Positions 9,522-18,072 of a stretch of 59,522 nt of DNA are shown piece by piece. Source of the stretch: Gaiellaceae bacterium (GTDB lineage: Bacteria; Actinomycetota; Thermoleophilia; Gaiellales; Gaiellaceae). The DNA lies in NCBI GenBank assembly GCA_041557575.1, contig JBFFGH010000001.1, forward strand, positions 1 through 59,522, given 5' to 3'. Below the pieces are notes generated by a model. That model was not told the origin of the DNA and made no database searches. It saw only the letters and a program-made list of their open reading frames with translations. How positions within the stretch are numbered: position 1 is the stretch's first letter; every line of letters starts with the position of its first letter. The translations under genes and the position numbers were made by a program.

Positions 9522-9527
9522 AGCCTA
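9522..9527 (-). promoter_or_regulatory. -10-like box TAGGCT (inside CGATAGGCTC), about 33 nt before ATG 9488
   Basis: The 10-mer is identical to the one upstream of mccB. This promoter is leadered; an SD follows. Confidence 0.35.
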
Positions 9528-9551
9528 TCGTGCCGATACGATCCGCGGCGG

Positions 9552-10685
9552 GTGGACTTCGACCTCTCCGACGAGCAGGAGCTGATCCGCGACACGGTTC
9601 GGACGTTCGCACGCGAGCGGGTCGAGCCCGTCGCCGCCGAGCTCGACCTCGAGGGACGGTTCCCGTACGAGCTCGTGTCCGAGCTCGCCGGGCTCGGGCT
9701 CATGGGGATTCCCGTGCCCGAGGAGTACGGAGGCGCGGGCGGTGACACGGTGTCCTACGCCATCGCGATCGAGGAGCTGACGCGCGCCGACTCCTCCGTC
9801 GCGATCACCGTCGCGGCGCACACGTCGCTCGGGATCATGCCCATCCTCCTCTTCGGCACCGAGGAGCAGAAGCAGCGCTGGCTGCCGGACCTGGCCGCGG
9901 GGCGCAGGCTCGCCGCGTTCGGCCTCACCGAGCCCGACGCGGGCTCGGACGCAGGCGCCACGCGCACGACGGCGGATCTGCACGACGGCACGTGGGTCGT
10001 GAACGGGTCGAAGCTCTTCATCACGAACGCCGGCACCGACATCACCTGGGGCGTGACGATCACGGCACGCACCGGGGAGGACGAGATCTCGAACATCGTC
10101 GTCGAGAACGGAGCGGAGGGATACGTCATCTCCCCGCCGATGAAGAAGCTCGGCTGGCGCGCATCCGACACGCGGGAGCTCTCCTTCGAGGACTGCGCGG
10201 TGCCCGAGGGCAACCTGCTCGGCGAGCGCGGGGCAGGCTTCCGCCAGTTCCTGCAGGTGCTCGACGGAGGGCGGATCTCGGTCGCCGCGATGGGCGTCGG
10301 CCTCGCCCAGGGCGCCTACGACCTCGCGTACGCCTATGCGAAGGAGCGCGAGCAGTTCGGCAGGCCGATCGCGTCCTTCCAGGCGATCCGCTTCAAGCTC
10401 GCCGACATGGCGACGGAGATCGAGGCAGGCCGCGCGCTCGTCCTCAAGGCCGCGTGGCTCAAGGACCAGGGCCGGCCCTTCGCCCGCGAGGCCGCGATGG
10501 CGAAGCTCTACACGGGCGAGCTCTCCCATCGCGTGGCGAGCGCTGCCCTCCAGATCCACGGCGGCTTCGGGTACATGGAGGAGTCCGCGATCTCACGGCT
10601 CTACCGGGATCAGAAGATCCTCGAGATCGGCGAGGGCACGAACGAGGTGCAGCGGATGGTCATCGCGCGCCATCTCGACCTCTAG
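9552..10685 (+). CDS. acyl-CoA dehydrogenase (SCAD/MCAD-type C-terminal catalytic Glu)
   Basis: ORF 8664..10685 trimmed to GTG 9552 (VDFDLSDEQELIRD). Motifs GLTEPDAGSD and ILEIGEGTNEVQRMVIARHL. Confidence 0.9.
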   Translation: MDFDLSDEQELIRDTVRTFARERVEPVAAELDLEGRFPYELVSELAGLGLMGIPVPEEYGGAGGDTVSYAIAIEELTRADSSVAITVAAHTSLGIMPILLFGTEEQKQRWLPDLAAGRRLAAFGLTEPDAGSDAGATRTTADLHDGTWVVNGSKLFITNAGTDITWGVTITARTGEDEISNIVVENGAEGYVISPPMKKLGWRASDTRELSFEDCAVPEGNLLGERGAGFRQFLQVLDGGRISVAAMGVGLAQGAYDLAYAYAKEREQFGRPIASFQAIRFKLADMATEIEAGRALVLKAAWLKDQGRPFAREAAMAKLYTGELSHRVASAALQIHGGFGYMEESAISRLYRDQKILEIGEGTNEVQRMVIARHLDL

Positions 10686-10692
10686 GGGCACC

Positions 10693-11220
10693 TTGCGCTC
10701 GGCTCTGGCTGCGGCGCTCCTCCTCGCGCTGTGGGCCGCCGCTCCCGCGGCCGCGCACGTCATCGCCTCCCCCGCCTTCCTCGCGCAGGGCTCGACGCAG
10801 ACGATCGAGCTCTCCGTGCCGAACGAGCGCGACGCCCCGATGACCGCATTCACCGTCACGGCGCCCGAGGGGATCGACATCGCGTCGGCGGAGGAGTCGA
10901 CGGGCTGGGAAGCCGTCGTCGAGGGGCAGACAGCGACCTGGAGCGGCGGGAGCCTGCCCGCAGCGCTCTCGGAGACCTTCGGCCTCGAGATCCGGGCGAC
11001 CGCCGCCCCGGGGTCTGCGGAGCTCGAGGCCGAGCAGCTCTATGCAGACGGGAAGGCGCGCTGGCCGGTGTCGCTGACGATCGTGCCGGCCACGGGCTCG
11101 TCGAGCTCCGGCGGATCCGGTCTCGTCATCGGAGTGATCGTCGCGATCGGTGCCCTCGCCGCCGCCGCGATCGCCCTCCTTGCCTGGCGGCGGAGGAAGG
11201 GGCCACTTCAGGAGCCATAG
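10693..11220 (+). CDS. YcnI-like (DUF1775) secreted, membrane-anchored copper-binding protein
   Basis: TTG 10693 start. The signal peptide ends AAAH, which would expose an N-terminal His. Motif ELSVPNE. C-terminal TM helix followed by RRRK. Confidence 0.7.
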   Translation: MRSALAAALLLALWAAAPAAAHVIASPAFLAQGSTQTIELSVPNERDAPMTAFTVTAPEGIDIASAEESTGWEAVVEGQTATWSGGSLPAALSETFGLEIRATAAPGSAELEAEQLYADGKARWPVSLTIVPATGSSSSGGSGLVIGVIVAIGALAAAAIALLAWRRRKGPLQEP

Positions 11221-11229
11221 TGGCTCCTG
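11209..11229 (+). terminator. perfect 9-bp hairpin with the TAG stop codon as its loop
   Basis: caggagcca-tag-tggctcctg, immediately after the YcnI-like gene. Confidence 0.45.
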
Positions 11230-11233
11230 CTGG

Positions 11234-11239
11234 TACCTT
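11234..11239 (+). promoter_or_regulatory. extended -10-like TGgTACCTT, 8 nt before GTG 11248; leaderless candidate
   Basis: TAnnnT hexamer with an upstream TG. Confidence 0.4.
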
Positions 11240-11247
11240 CGCGTGCC

Positions 11248-12576
11248 GTGATCTTCACGCAGTTCGTCGACGACGCGCTCGGCTGCGCGTCCTACCTCGT
11301 GGGTGACCCCGGCACCGGGAGGGCGGCGCTCGTCGATCCCGCCTTCGCCATCGAGCAGTACCTGGAAGAGGCGGATCGGCGCGGCGTTCGCATCGTCCGG
11401 GTCATCGAGACGCACACGCACGCGGACCACCTCTCCGGGCACGGGCGGCTCGCGCTCGAGCACGACATCCCCGTCAGCATCCATGCGTCCGCCGGTGCCG
11501 CGTACCCGCACGACCCGATGGAGGACGGTGACGAGATCGAGCTCGGCGACATCGTCCTGCGCTGCATCCACACGCCCGGCCACCGCCCCGAGCACTGCTG
11601 CATCGCGGTGAGCGACCTGAGCCGCGGGCCGGATCCGTGGATCGTCCTCACCGGCGACTCGCTCTTCGTCGGCGACGCGGCTCGTCCGGACCTCGCGGTC
11701 GAGGCATACGAGGGTGCGGAGGGCCTGTTCCACTCTCTTCGACGGCTCGTCGCGCTCGGGGACGGCGTCGAGGTCTACCCCGGCCACGTCGCCGGGTCGC
11801 TGTGCGGGAAGGCGATGAGCTCGAAGGCCTCCACCACGATCGGCTTCGAGCGCCGCTTCAACCCCGCGCTCGCGTACTCCGACGTGAGCGCGTTCATCGC
11901 CGACTCTGCGGCGATCTCGGCACCGCGCCCGCCGAACATGGAGCGGATCGTCGAGCTGAACCGCGGCCCCTTCATCGGCGCGCAGCCGGAGGTCCCGGAG
12001 CTTGCGAAGGCGCCCGAGGACGCACAGGTGCTCGACGTCCGGCCGGTCGACGCGTTCGCAGCCGGGCACCTGCCGGCCGCGCTCAGCGTTCCCGTCTCGG
12101 GAACACGGTTCGCGACGAAGGCGGGCTTCGTGCTCGACCACGAGCGGCCCGTCGTCGTCGAGGCGTCCGACTTCGCCGAAGCGCAGGCCGCGATCCGCGG
12201 CCTGCGCTCGGTCGGCCTGCTCGACGTCGCGGGCTACGTGCTCGGAAGCGGGCCGGAGGCGATGGAGCTCGTGCCGATGGGCGAGCTCGCCGCGTTGATC
12301 GAGGACGGCGCCACGCTCGTCGACGTTCGCGAGCCGGACGAGTTCGCGGCCGGGCAGATCCCCGGCAGCGTGAACGTCCCGTACCGGCTCCTGGCGGCCG
12401 GGGAGATCGACCTTGCGGGAGACCGGCCGGTCGTGACCGTCTGCGAGACGGGCCCGCGAGCGGCCATCGGCGCGAGCATCCTCGCCGCACGCGGATTCGA
12501 CGCGCGCGCGGTCGCGCGCGGCGGAACCGAGACGTGGGCCGCCGCCGGCAAGCCCACCGAGCGCTCGCGCGGGTAG
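11248..12576 (+). CDS. MBL-fold hydrolase (persulfide dioxygenase-like) fused to two rhodanese domains
   Basis: 442 aa. The MBL motif is THTHADH. The first rhodanese domain has no active-site Cys. The second has the loop CETGPR. Confidence 0.85.
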   Translation: MIFTQFVDDALGCASYLVGDPGTGRAALVDPAFAIEQYLEEADRRGVRIVRVIETHTHADHLSGHGRLALEHDIPVSIHASAGAAYPHDPMEDGDEIELGDIVLRCIHTPGHRPEHCCIAVSDLSRGPDPWIVLTGDSLFVGDAARPDLAVEAYEGAEGLFHSLRRLVALGDGVEVYPGHVAGSLCGKAMSSKASTTIGFERRFNPALAYSDVSAFIADSAAISAPRPPNMERIVELNRGPFIGAQPEVPELAKAPEDAQVLDVRPVDAFAAGHLPAALSVPVSGTRFATKAGFVLDHERPVVVEASDFAEAQAAIRGLRSVGLLDVAGYVLGSGPEAMELVPMGELAALIEDGATLVDVREPDEFAAGQIPGSVNVPYRLLAAGEIDLAGDRPVVTVCETGPRAAIGASILAARGFDARAVARGGTETWAAAGKPTERSRG

Positions 12577-15500
12577 TCAGCTCGCGTTCGCGAGGACCTC
12601 GTCGGCCTCCCGCAGGAACGCCGTCGCCCCGACGCTTCGCCAGAACGCCCGCGCGAGCTCGAGCTGCGTCTCGGCCTCGGCGAGCCTGCCGTCCGTGGCG
12701 AGGGCGCGAGCGGCCGTGAGCCGGGCGATCGCCTCGAGAGGGGCGTCCCCGAGCGATCCGAGAACGTCCGCCGCGACCTCGTAGTCACGCCGGACGATCG
12801 CTCGACAGGCGTCACGCCAGGGGACGTCGGGCAATCGCTCCGTGAGCTCTCCGGCAACACCGGGCCGGTCGGCGCGATCGAGCGCCATGACCAGTTCGAC
12901 CTGCCAGTCCTGGGGATCCCCCATGGCCTCACTGTCGTGAAGGAGCCCGACCGCCTCCTCCAGGGCGCGCTCGGCACGCGCCGGGTCGCCGTGCCGACCG
13001 AAGAAGAACGACCCGGACACGAGCGCGGGAACGAGCGTCTGGGCGTCGTCCAACTCGCGGGCGTGCGCCACGGCCCACTCGACGTCGACCAGCGCGTCCG
13101 CGCCAGCCCCACGCGCGTCGTGAATGTACGCGCGGGTGAAGCGCCCGGACCACGCCATGTACTGGAATGCGTCAGGGGCGTCGAGCAGCTGGTCGACGAG
13201 CTCGAGGGCTTCGTCCCATCGTCCGGCCCCGTAGAGAGCACTGGCGAGGTTTCCGCGTGTGAACCAGATCATCGACTCGTCACCCTCACGCTCTGCGCGG
13301 GCGAGGCCCACCTCGAACGTCGCCAGCTGTCGGCGCAGGTCACCCATCGCCCCGAGTGCGACTCCGAGGTTCGTGTACCCCCGGCCCGCAACAGGACCTC
13401 GGCCCCCCACGATCGCGATCGCCTCCTCCATGAGCCGGAGCCCCTCCGTGCTGGCGCCCACGTTCACGAGGCACGCTCCGCGGGTGACGAGGACGTCCGC
13501 GCGAATCTCTTCGTCCCCGATCGCGTCGGCGAGCTTCAGCGCCTCGCCCGTCAGCTCGATCGACGTGTCCAGCTGGTAGGCCAGCATGGCCTGGCGCGCC
13601 TGCTCGGCGAGCACGAGCGCCCTGGCCCGGGACGGCGGTCGCCCCTCGACGAGCTCGGCTGCGCGAGCCAGCCAGGGCCGGGCGCCGGGCGCACCGGCCG
13701 AAGCCCAGTCGCGGAGACCTGCCACGATCGCCGCCTCGGCGGCACGCTCGTGGTTCCCCTCCAGCTCGAACGCCGAGACGGCTCGTTCGAGCTCGTCCCC
13801 TTCCCGTCCGACGGACACGAAGGCGCGCCCCGCGGAGAAGAGGAGGTCCGGCGTCGGCTCCGTCCCGTCGGGCAGGAGGTCGAGCGCGCGTCCGAGGAAC
13901 CGAGCGGCCGCGGAGGACGCGCCGAGAGCGAGCGACCGCTCACCCGCCTCCTGCAACGCGCTCACGGCCCGCGCGTCGAGCCTCGTCGTTTCCTCGCCCG
14001 CCGCCCGGAGCAGCTCGATCGCCGTCAGGTAGTGGTGCGCAAGCGTCTCGGCGCGATCCTCGGCCCGGTCGTCGGGGAGGGACTCGATCCAGTCCGCAGC
14101 GGCAACGTGCCGTGCTGCACGGGCGGCCCGCGGGAGCTGACCGTAGGCGGTGTCGCGGACGAGAGCGTGCATGAACGCGTGCTGCGTCGCTCCCGCGACG
14201 GCCGACCTCTGCTCTCGGCGCACGAACTCCTTCCGCTCGAGCGAGCGCAGCATCCCCGTGAGCTGCCAGGGGTCGATCCCCCCGAGGGACGCGAGCGCGT
14301 CCGACCAGAACACCTTTCCGAGGACCGAGGCATCCTGGAGCAGGCTCTTCTCGTCGGCCGGCAGGAGGTCGACCCGGGCGGCGACGATCCCCTGGACGGT
14401 CTCCGGAAGCCCCTCGTCCACGCTCCCGCCGGCCTCCAGCATGCGCACGAACTCCTCTGCGTAGAGCGGGTTGCCGGCCGCGCGCTCGACGAGCGCACGC
14501 TGCAGGTCGGCGTCCACGAGCGGCCTGTCGAGGAGCGAGTGCACGAGCTGCGCCGTGTCGTCGTGGTCCAGCGGGGCCAGGGAGACGGTGACCCCCTTGC
14601 CGGTTCGCGCTCCCCAGTCCGGACGCCGGTCGAGGAGCTCCGGGCGGGCGGTGCACACGACCAGCAGCGGCACTCCCTCCACCCAGTCGACGAGGCCGTC
14701 GACGAACTCGAGCAGCCCGTCGTCGGCCCAGTGGAGGTCCTCGAACACGAGGACGGTCGGGCCGCCCTCGGCCACGGCTTCGAGGAATCGCCTCCACGCG
14801 GCAAATGCCTCTCCGCGCCGGTCGCCCTCGGTGCCCTGGCCGACGAGGCCGACGAGCGGCTTGAGATGCCGCGCCACCCAGGCGCGCTCTCCTTCGTCGG
14901 AGACGACTGCGACGGCGTCCGCGAGCTTCTTCTCCGTCTCCTCGGCGGCGTCCGACTCGAGGATCCCGGCCTGCGCCTTCACGATCTCGCCGAGCGCCCA
15001 GAACGAGACGCCCTCGCCGTACGGGAGCGAGCGTCCCTGGCGCCAGGTGATCAGCTCGTCGTCGTCGTCCGCCACCCGACCGAGCTCGAAGAGCAATCTG
15101 CTCTTGCCGATCCCGGGTACGCCGACGAGCGTCACGAGCCGCGTCGAGCGATCCTCTCGTGCCCCCTGGAGCGCGTCGACGAGGACCTGGAGCTCGTGGC
15201 CCCGCCCAACGAGCGCGGCGCGCCCCGCGCCGCCGAGGTCGACACCGAGACGGGAGCGCGCCTCCACCGCCTGCCACACCCGCACCGGCTCCGCCTTGCC
15301 CTTCGCCTCGACGGGATCGGCGTCCTCGTACACGACGGCCCGCTCCGTCGCCCTGAAGGTCTGCTCTCCGACGAGAATCCCGTCGATCGGAGCAGCGGAC
15401 TGCAAGCGCGCAGCCGTGTTCATGACGTCGCCCGCAACCATGGCCTCCCCCTCGGCCGACGACGCGTCGAGGGCGACGAGCGCCTCGCCCGTGTTGACGG

Positions 15501-15906
15501 CGACGCGCACGTGGAGGTCTCGGTCGGGGTCCCGCTCGTTGAGCTCCGCGACGGCATCGCGCACGGCGAGCGCAGCGCGAACCGCCCGCTCGGGGTCGTC
15601 CTCGTGCGCTGCCGGCGCGCCGAACACGGCGACGACGGCGTCGCCGATGAACTTCTCGACCGTTCCGCCGAAGCTCTCGAGCTCGTCCCGCGCGCGCTCG
15701 TGGTAGACGCGGAGCAGGGCGCGCACGTCTTCCGGGTCGCTCGTCTCGGCCCGCGCCGTCGAGCCGACGAGATCGACGAAGACGACGCTGACGACCTTCC
15801 GCTCCTCGCGCCTCCCGGACGCACTGGCGGCGAGCGGAGCCCCGCACTCCGAGCAGAACTTCGCGCCCTCGGCGTTCTCGAAGCCGCACGACGGGCAGGG
15901 GCGCAT
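12577..15906 (-). CDS. zinc-ribbon + class III adenylate/guanylate cyclase + AAA/STAND ATPase + TPR protein
   Basis: 1109 aa. Zinc ribbon CPSCG..CSECG. Cyclase motifs VFVDLVGST, FIGDAV and NTAARL. Walker A GVPGIGKS. Long helical-repeat C-terminus. Confidence 0.85.
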   Translation of the reverse strand: MRPCPSCGFENAEGAKFCSECGAPLAASASGRREERKVVSVVFVDLVGSTARAETSDPEDVRALLRVYHERARDELESFGGTVEKFIGDAVVAVFGAPAAHEDDPERAVRAALAVRDAVAELNERDPDRDLHVRVAVNTGEALVALDASSAEGEAMVAGDVMNTAARLQSAAPIDGILVGEQTFRATERAVVYEDADPVEAKGKAEPVRVWQAVEARSRLGVDLGGAGRAALVGRGHELQVLVDALQGAREDRSTRLVTLVGVPGIGKSRLLFELGRVADDDDELITWRQGRSLPYGEGVSFWALGEIVKAQAGILESDAAEETEKKLADAVAVVSDEGERAWVARHLKPLVGLVGQGTEGDRRGEAFAAWRRFLEAVAEGGPTVLVFEDLHWADDGLLEFVDGLVDWVEGVPLLVVCTARPELLDRRPDWGARTGKGVTVSLAPLDHDDTAQLVHSLLDRPLVDADLQRALVERAAGNPLYAEEFVRMLEAGGSVDEGLPETVQGIVAARVDLLPADEKSLLQDASVLGKVFWSDALASLGGIDPWQLTGMLRSLERKEFVRREQRSAVAGATQHAFMHALVRDTAYGQLPRAARAARHVAAADWIESLPDDRAEDRAETLAHHYLTAIELLRAAGEETTRLDARAVSALQEAGERSLALGASSAAARFLGRALDLLPDGTEPTPDLLFSAGRAFVSVGREGDELERAVSAFELEGNHERAAEAAIVAGLRDWASAGAPGARPWLARAAELVEGRPPSRARALVLAEQARQAMLAYQLDTSIELTGEALKLADAIGDEEIRADVLVTRGACLVNVGASTEGLRLMEEAIAIVGGRGPVAGRGYTNLGVALGAMGDLRRQLATFEVGLARAEREGDESMIWFTRGNLASALYGAGRWDEALELVDQLLDAPDAFQYMAWSGRFTRAYIHDARGAGADALVDVEWAVAHARELDDAQTLVPALVSGSFFFGRHGDPARAERALEEAVGLLHDSEAMGDPQDWQVELVMALDRADRPGVAGELTERLPDVPWRDACRAIVRRDYEVAADVLGSLGDAPLEAIARLTAARALATDGRLAEAETQLELARAFWRSVGATAFLREADEVLANAS

Positions 15907-15915
15907 CGCGGAAGT

Positions 15916-17079
15916 CTACGACGGCGGTCCCACTCGCTCGATCGTGCGCCCCTCGCCGCGGAGCGCCTCGAGCAGCTCCTCGCAGTGCGCCTCGTCGCGC
16001 GTCGAGACGACGAGCTCGATCTCCGTCTGCATGGCGCTCGTCGTCCGCCCCTCCCGGTGGTGATCCACCGAGACGACGTTGCCACGGCCGCGCGCGATGA
16101 GATCGAGCACGTCCCGGAGCTCGCCGGGCCGGTCCGGGATGAGCATCCGTACCGCGAGGAAGCGGCCCGCCTCGGTCAGACCCTGGCGCAGCACGGAGAT
16201 GAGCGTCGTCGCGTCGATGTTCCCGCCGGAGAGGACCACCGCGACGGAGCCGGACCCGGGGATCCTGCCCGCGAGGAGCGCCGCAAGGCCCACCGCGCCC
16301 GCTCCCTCGACGAGCAGCTTCGTCCGCTCGACGCAGAGCACGAGCGCCTCCGAGATCTCGTCGTCCGAGACGGAGACGATCTCGTCGAGCGTCTCGTCGA
16401 GGATCTCGAACGCGAGCTTGCCCTTCTGCTTCACGGCGATGCCGTCGGCGATCGTGTAGCCGGGCTGGCACAAGACGCCGACGACGTGGACGTCGGGACG
16501 CCGCTCCTTCAGAGCGAGGGAGATGCCGGCAGCGAGGCCGCCTCCGCCGATCGGGATCACGACCGTCTCGGCGTCCGGCGCCTGCTCTGCGAGCTCGAGC
16601 CCGATCGTGCCCTGCCCCGCGATCACCCGCGGATCCTCGAACGCGTGCACGAGCGTCGCTCCGGTTGCCTCGACGTGCGCCCGGGCCGCTGCAACCGCCT
16701 CGTCGAAGCCCTCACCCACCAGACGCGTCTCGCCGCCGTAGGACTTCGTCGCCTCGACCTTCGCCATCGGCGCGTCCTGCGGCATGAAGATCGTCGCCCG
16801 GATCCCCGACTCGCGGGCGGCCCAGGCGACCGCCTGGCCGTGGTTGCCGGCGCTCGCCGCGACGACTCCGGCCTCGCGCTCCGGCTTTCCGAGGGTCGAG
16901 ATCGTGTTGTACGCGCCGCGGATCTTGAAGGAGCCCGTGCGCTGGAGGTTCTCCGCCTTCAGGAGCACGGAGCGGCCGGAGAGCCGCGAGAACGTCTCGG
17001 TCGGGTAGAGCGGTGTCTCGCGGGCGACTCCGGCGAGTCGCGCGCGGGCTGCCTCGATGTCAGCGATCGTCGGAGCCAT
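15916..17079 (-). CDS. ilvA: threonine ammonia-lyase with a single C-terminal ACT-like domain
   Basis: 387 aa. PLP lysine in SFKIRGA, plus GNHGQAVA. C-terminal regulatory domain is present. Confidence 0.85.
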   Translation of the reverse strand: MAPTIADIEAARARLAGVARETPLYPTETFSRLSGRSVLLKAENLQRTGSFKIRGAYNTISTLGKPEREAGVVAASAGNHGQAVAWAARESGIRATIFMPQDAPMAKVEATKSYGGETRLVGEGFDEAVAAARAHVEATGATLVHAFEDPRVIAGQGTIGLELAEQAPDAETVVIPIGGGGLAAGISLALKERRPDVHVVGVLCQPGYTIADGIAVKQKGKLAFEILDETLDEIVSVSDDEISEALVLCVERTKLLVEGAGAVGLAALLAGRIPGSGSVAVVLSGGNIDATTLISVLRQGLTEAGRFLAVRMLIPDRPGELRDVLDLIARGRGNVVSVDHHREGRTTSAMQTEIELVVSTRDEAHCEELLEALRGEGRTIERVGPPS

Positions 17080-18037
17080 CGAGCTCGAACACCTCCTCGA
17101 GTATCCGCCGGACGGCGCTCAGGGGGTCCAGCTCGCGCCGCTCGACGGCGGCGAGCACGTCCCGGAGCGCGGGGTCACCGGCGACGGCCGCCTCGAGATG
17201 AGCCTGCGCGCGACTCGACGCGACGGCGAAGACCTCCGCCGCCAGGTTCTTGCGCCGTCGCTCCTCGAGCCTCCCGTCGCTCTCGAGGGCTGCCCGGTGC
17301 TGCTCGAGCGCGTCCCAGAGCTCCGGGACGCCCTCGCCGTGAAGCGCCTCGGTCAGCAGGATCGCGGGGCGGCGCTCGGGCTCCGCGAGCGCGACGATGG
17401 AGCGCACCTCGTTCAGCATCGTCTTCGCCTCGGGATGGTCGGACTTGTTGATCGTGATCACATCGGGGATCTCCATGATCCCCGCCTTCAGCGCCTGGAC
17501 GGAGTCGCCCGAGCCGGGCATGAGGACGAGCAGCACCGTGTCCGCGACTCCGGTGACCTCGACCTCGCTCTGCCCCGCGCCGACCGTCTCGACGAACACG
17601 ACGTCCTTGCCGGCCGCGTCGAGGATGAGCACCGCCTGGAGCGTGGCTTCGGCGAGCCCGCCCAGGTGACCCCGGGTTCCCATGGAGCGGATGTAGACGC
17701 CCGGATCGAGGAAGTGATCCGAGAGCCGGATGCGATCGCCGAGCAGTGCCCCGCGCGAGAACGGGCTGGACGGGTCGACCGAGACGACCCCGACCGTCGG
17801 CCCGCGCTCCCGGACGTGGCCGACGAGCGCCCCGATGAGGCTGGACTTGCCCGCCCCCGGCGGCCCCGTGACGCCGACGACGGTCGCGCCGCCGGTTCCG
17901 GGATAGAGCTCGCGAACCAGGTCGTACGAGCGGGGGTCGCCGTCTTCCACGAGCGAGATGGCCCGTGCGAGCGCACGCCGGTCCGAGGACCTGACACCTG
18001 CGACGAGCTCTTCGTGCGACCAGTTCCTGCGCGCCAC
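17060..18037 (-). CDS. meaB: MeaB/ArgK-type G3E GTPase (B12-mutase chaperone family)
   Basis: 325 aa. P-loop GPPGAGKS, motifs ETVGAGQSE and INKSD. GTG start. The 3' end overlaps ilvA by 20 nt. Confidence 0.85.
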   Translation of the reverse strand: MARRNWSHEELVAGVRSSDRRALARAISLVEDGDPRSYDLVRELYPGTGGATVVGVTGPPGAGKSSLIGALVGHVRERGPTVGVVSVDPSSPFSRGALLGDRIRLSDHFLDPGVYIRSMGTRGHLGGLAEATLQAVLILDAAGKDVVFVETVGAGQSEVEVTGVADTVLLVLMPGSGDSVQALKAGIMEIPDVITINKSDHPEAKTMLNEVRSIVALAEPERRPAILLTEALHGEGVPELWDALEQHRAALESDGRLEERRRKNLAAEVFAVASSRAQAHLEAAVAGDPALRDVLAAVERRELDPLSAVRRILEEVFELDGSDDR

Positions 18038-18044
18038 GGCCAGG

Positions 18045-18050
18045 ACTCTA
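18045..18050 (-). promoter_or_regulatory. -10-like box TAGAGT, 7 nt before GTG 18037; leaderless candidate
   Basis: TAnnnT hexamer with no SD. Confidence 0.4.
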
Positions 18051-18072
18051 CGCGGCTTCGCAGGATGCGGAA

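Noticed and set aside
9526-9538. The 13-nt palindrome TATCGTGCCGATA, and nearby CGATCCG direct repeats, as a repressor operator upstream of the acyl-CoA dehydrogenase.
   Set aside because: It is short, occurs only once, and largely coincides with the CGATAGGCTC -10-type box on the other strand. There is no regulator gene in the window to pair it with.
12937-17451. A very long plus-strand ORF of 1504 aa. Similar long ORFs occur at 13940..16471(-), 20135..22876(+), 20748..23075(-), 39505..42213(+), 40271..41986(-), 544..2571(-), 2228..4165(+), 47899..49662(+), 50734..52815(+), 43196..44665(+) and 35526..37289(+).
   Set aside because: They are Arg/Pro/Ala/Gly-rich low-complexity translations lying antisense to or out of frame with genes that have clear family motifs. 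Long stop-free shadow frames are expected at this GC content. None shows recognisable motifs or sensible hydrophobicity.
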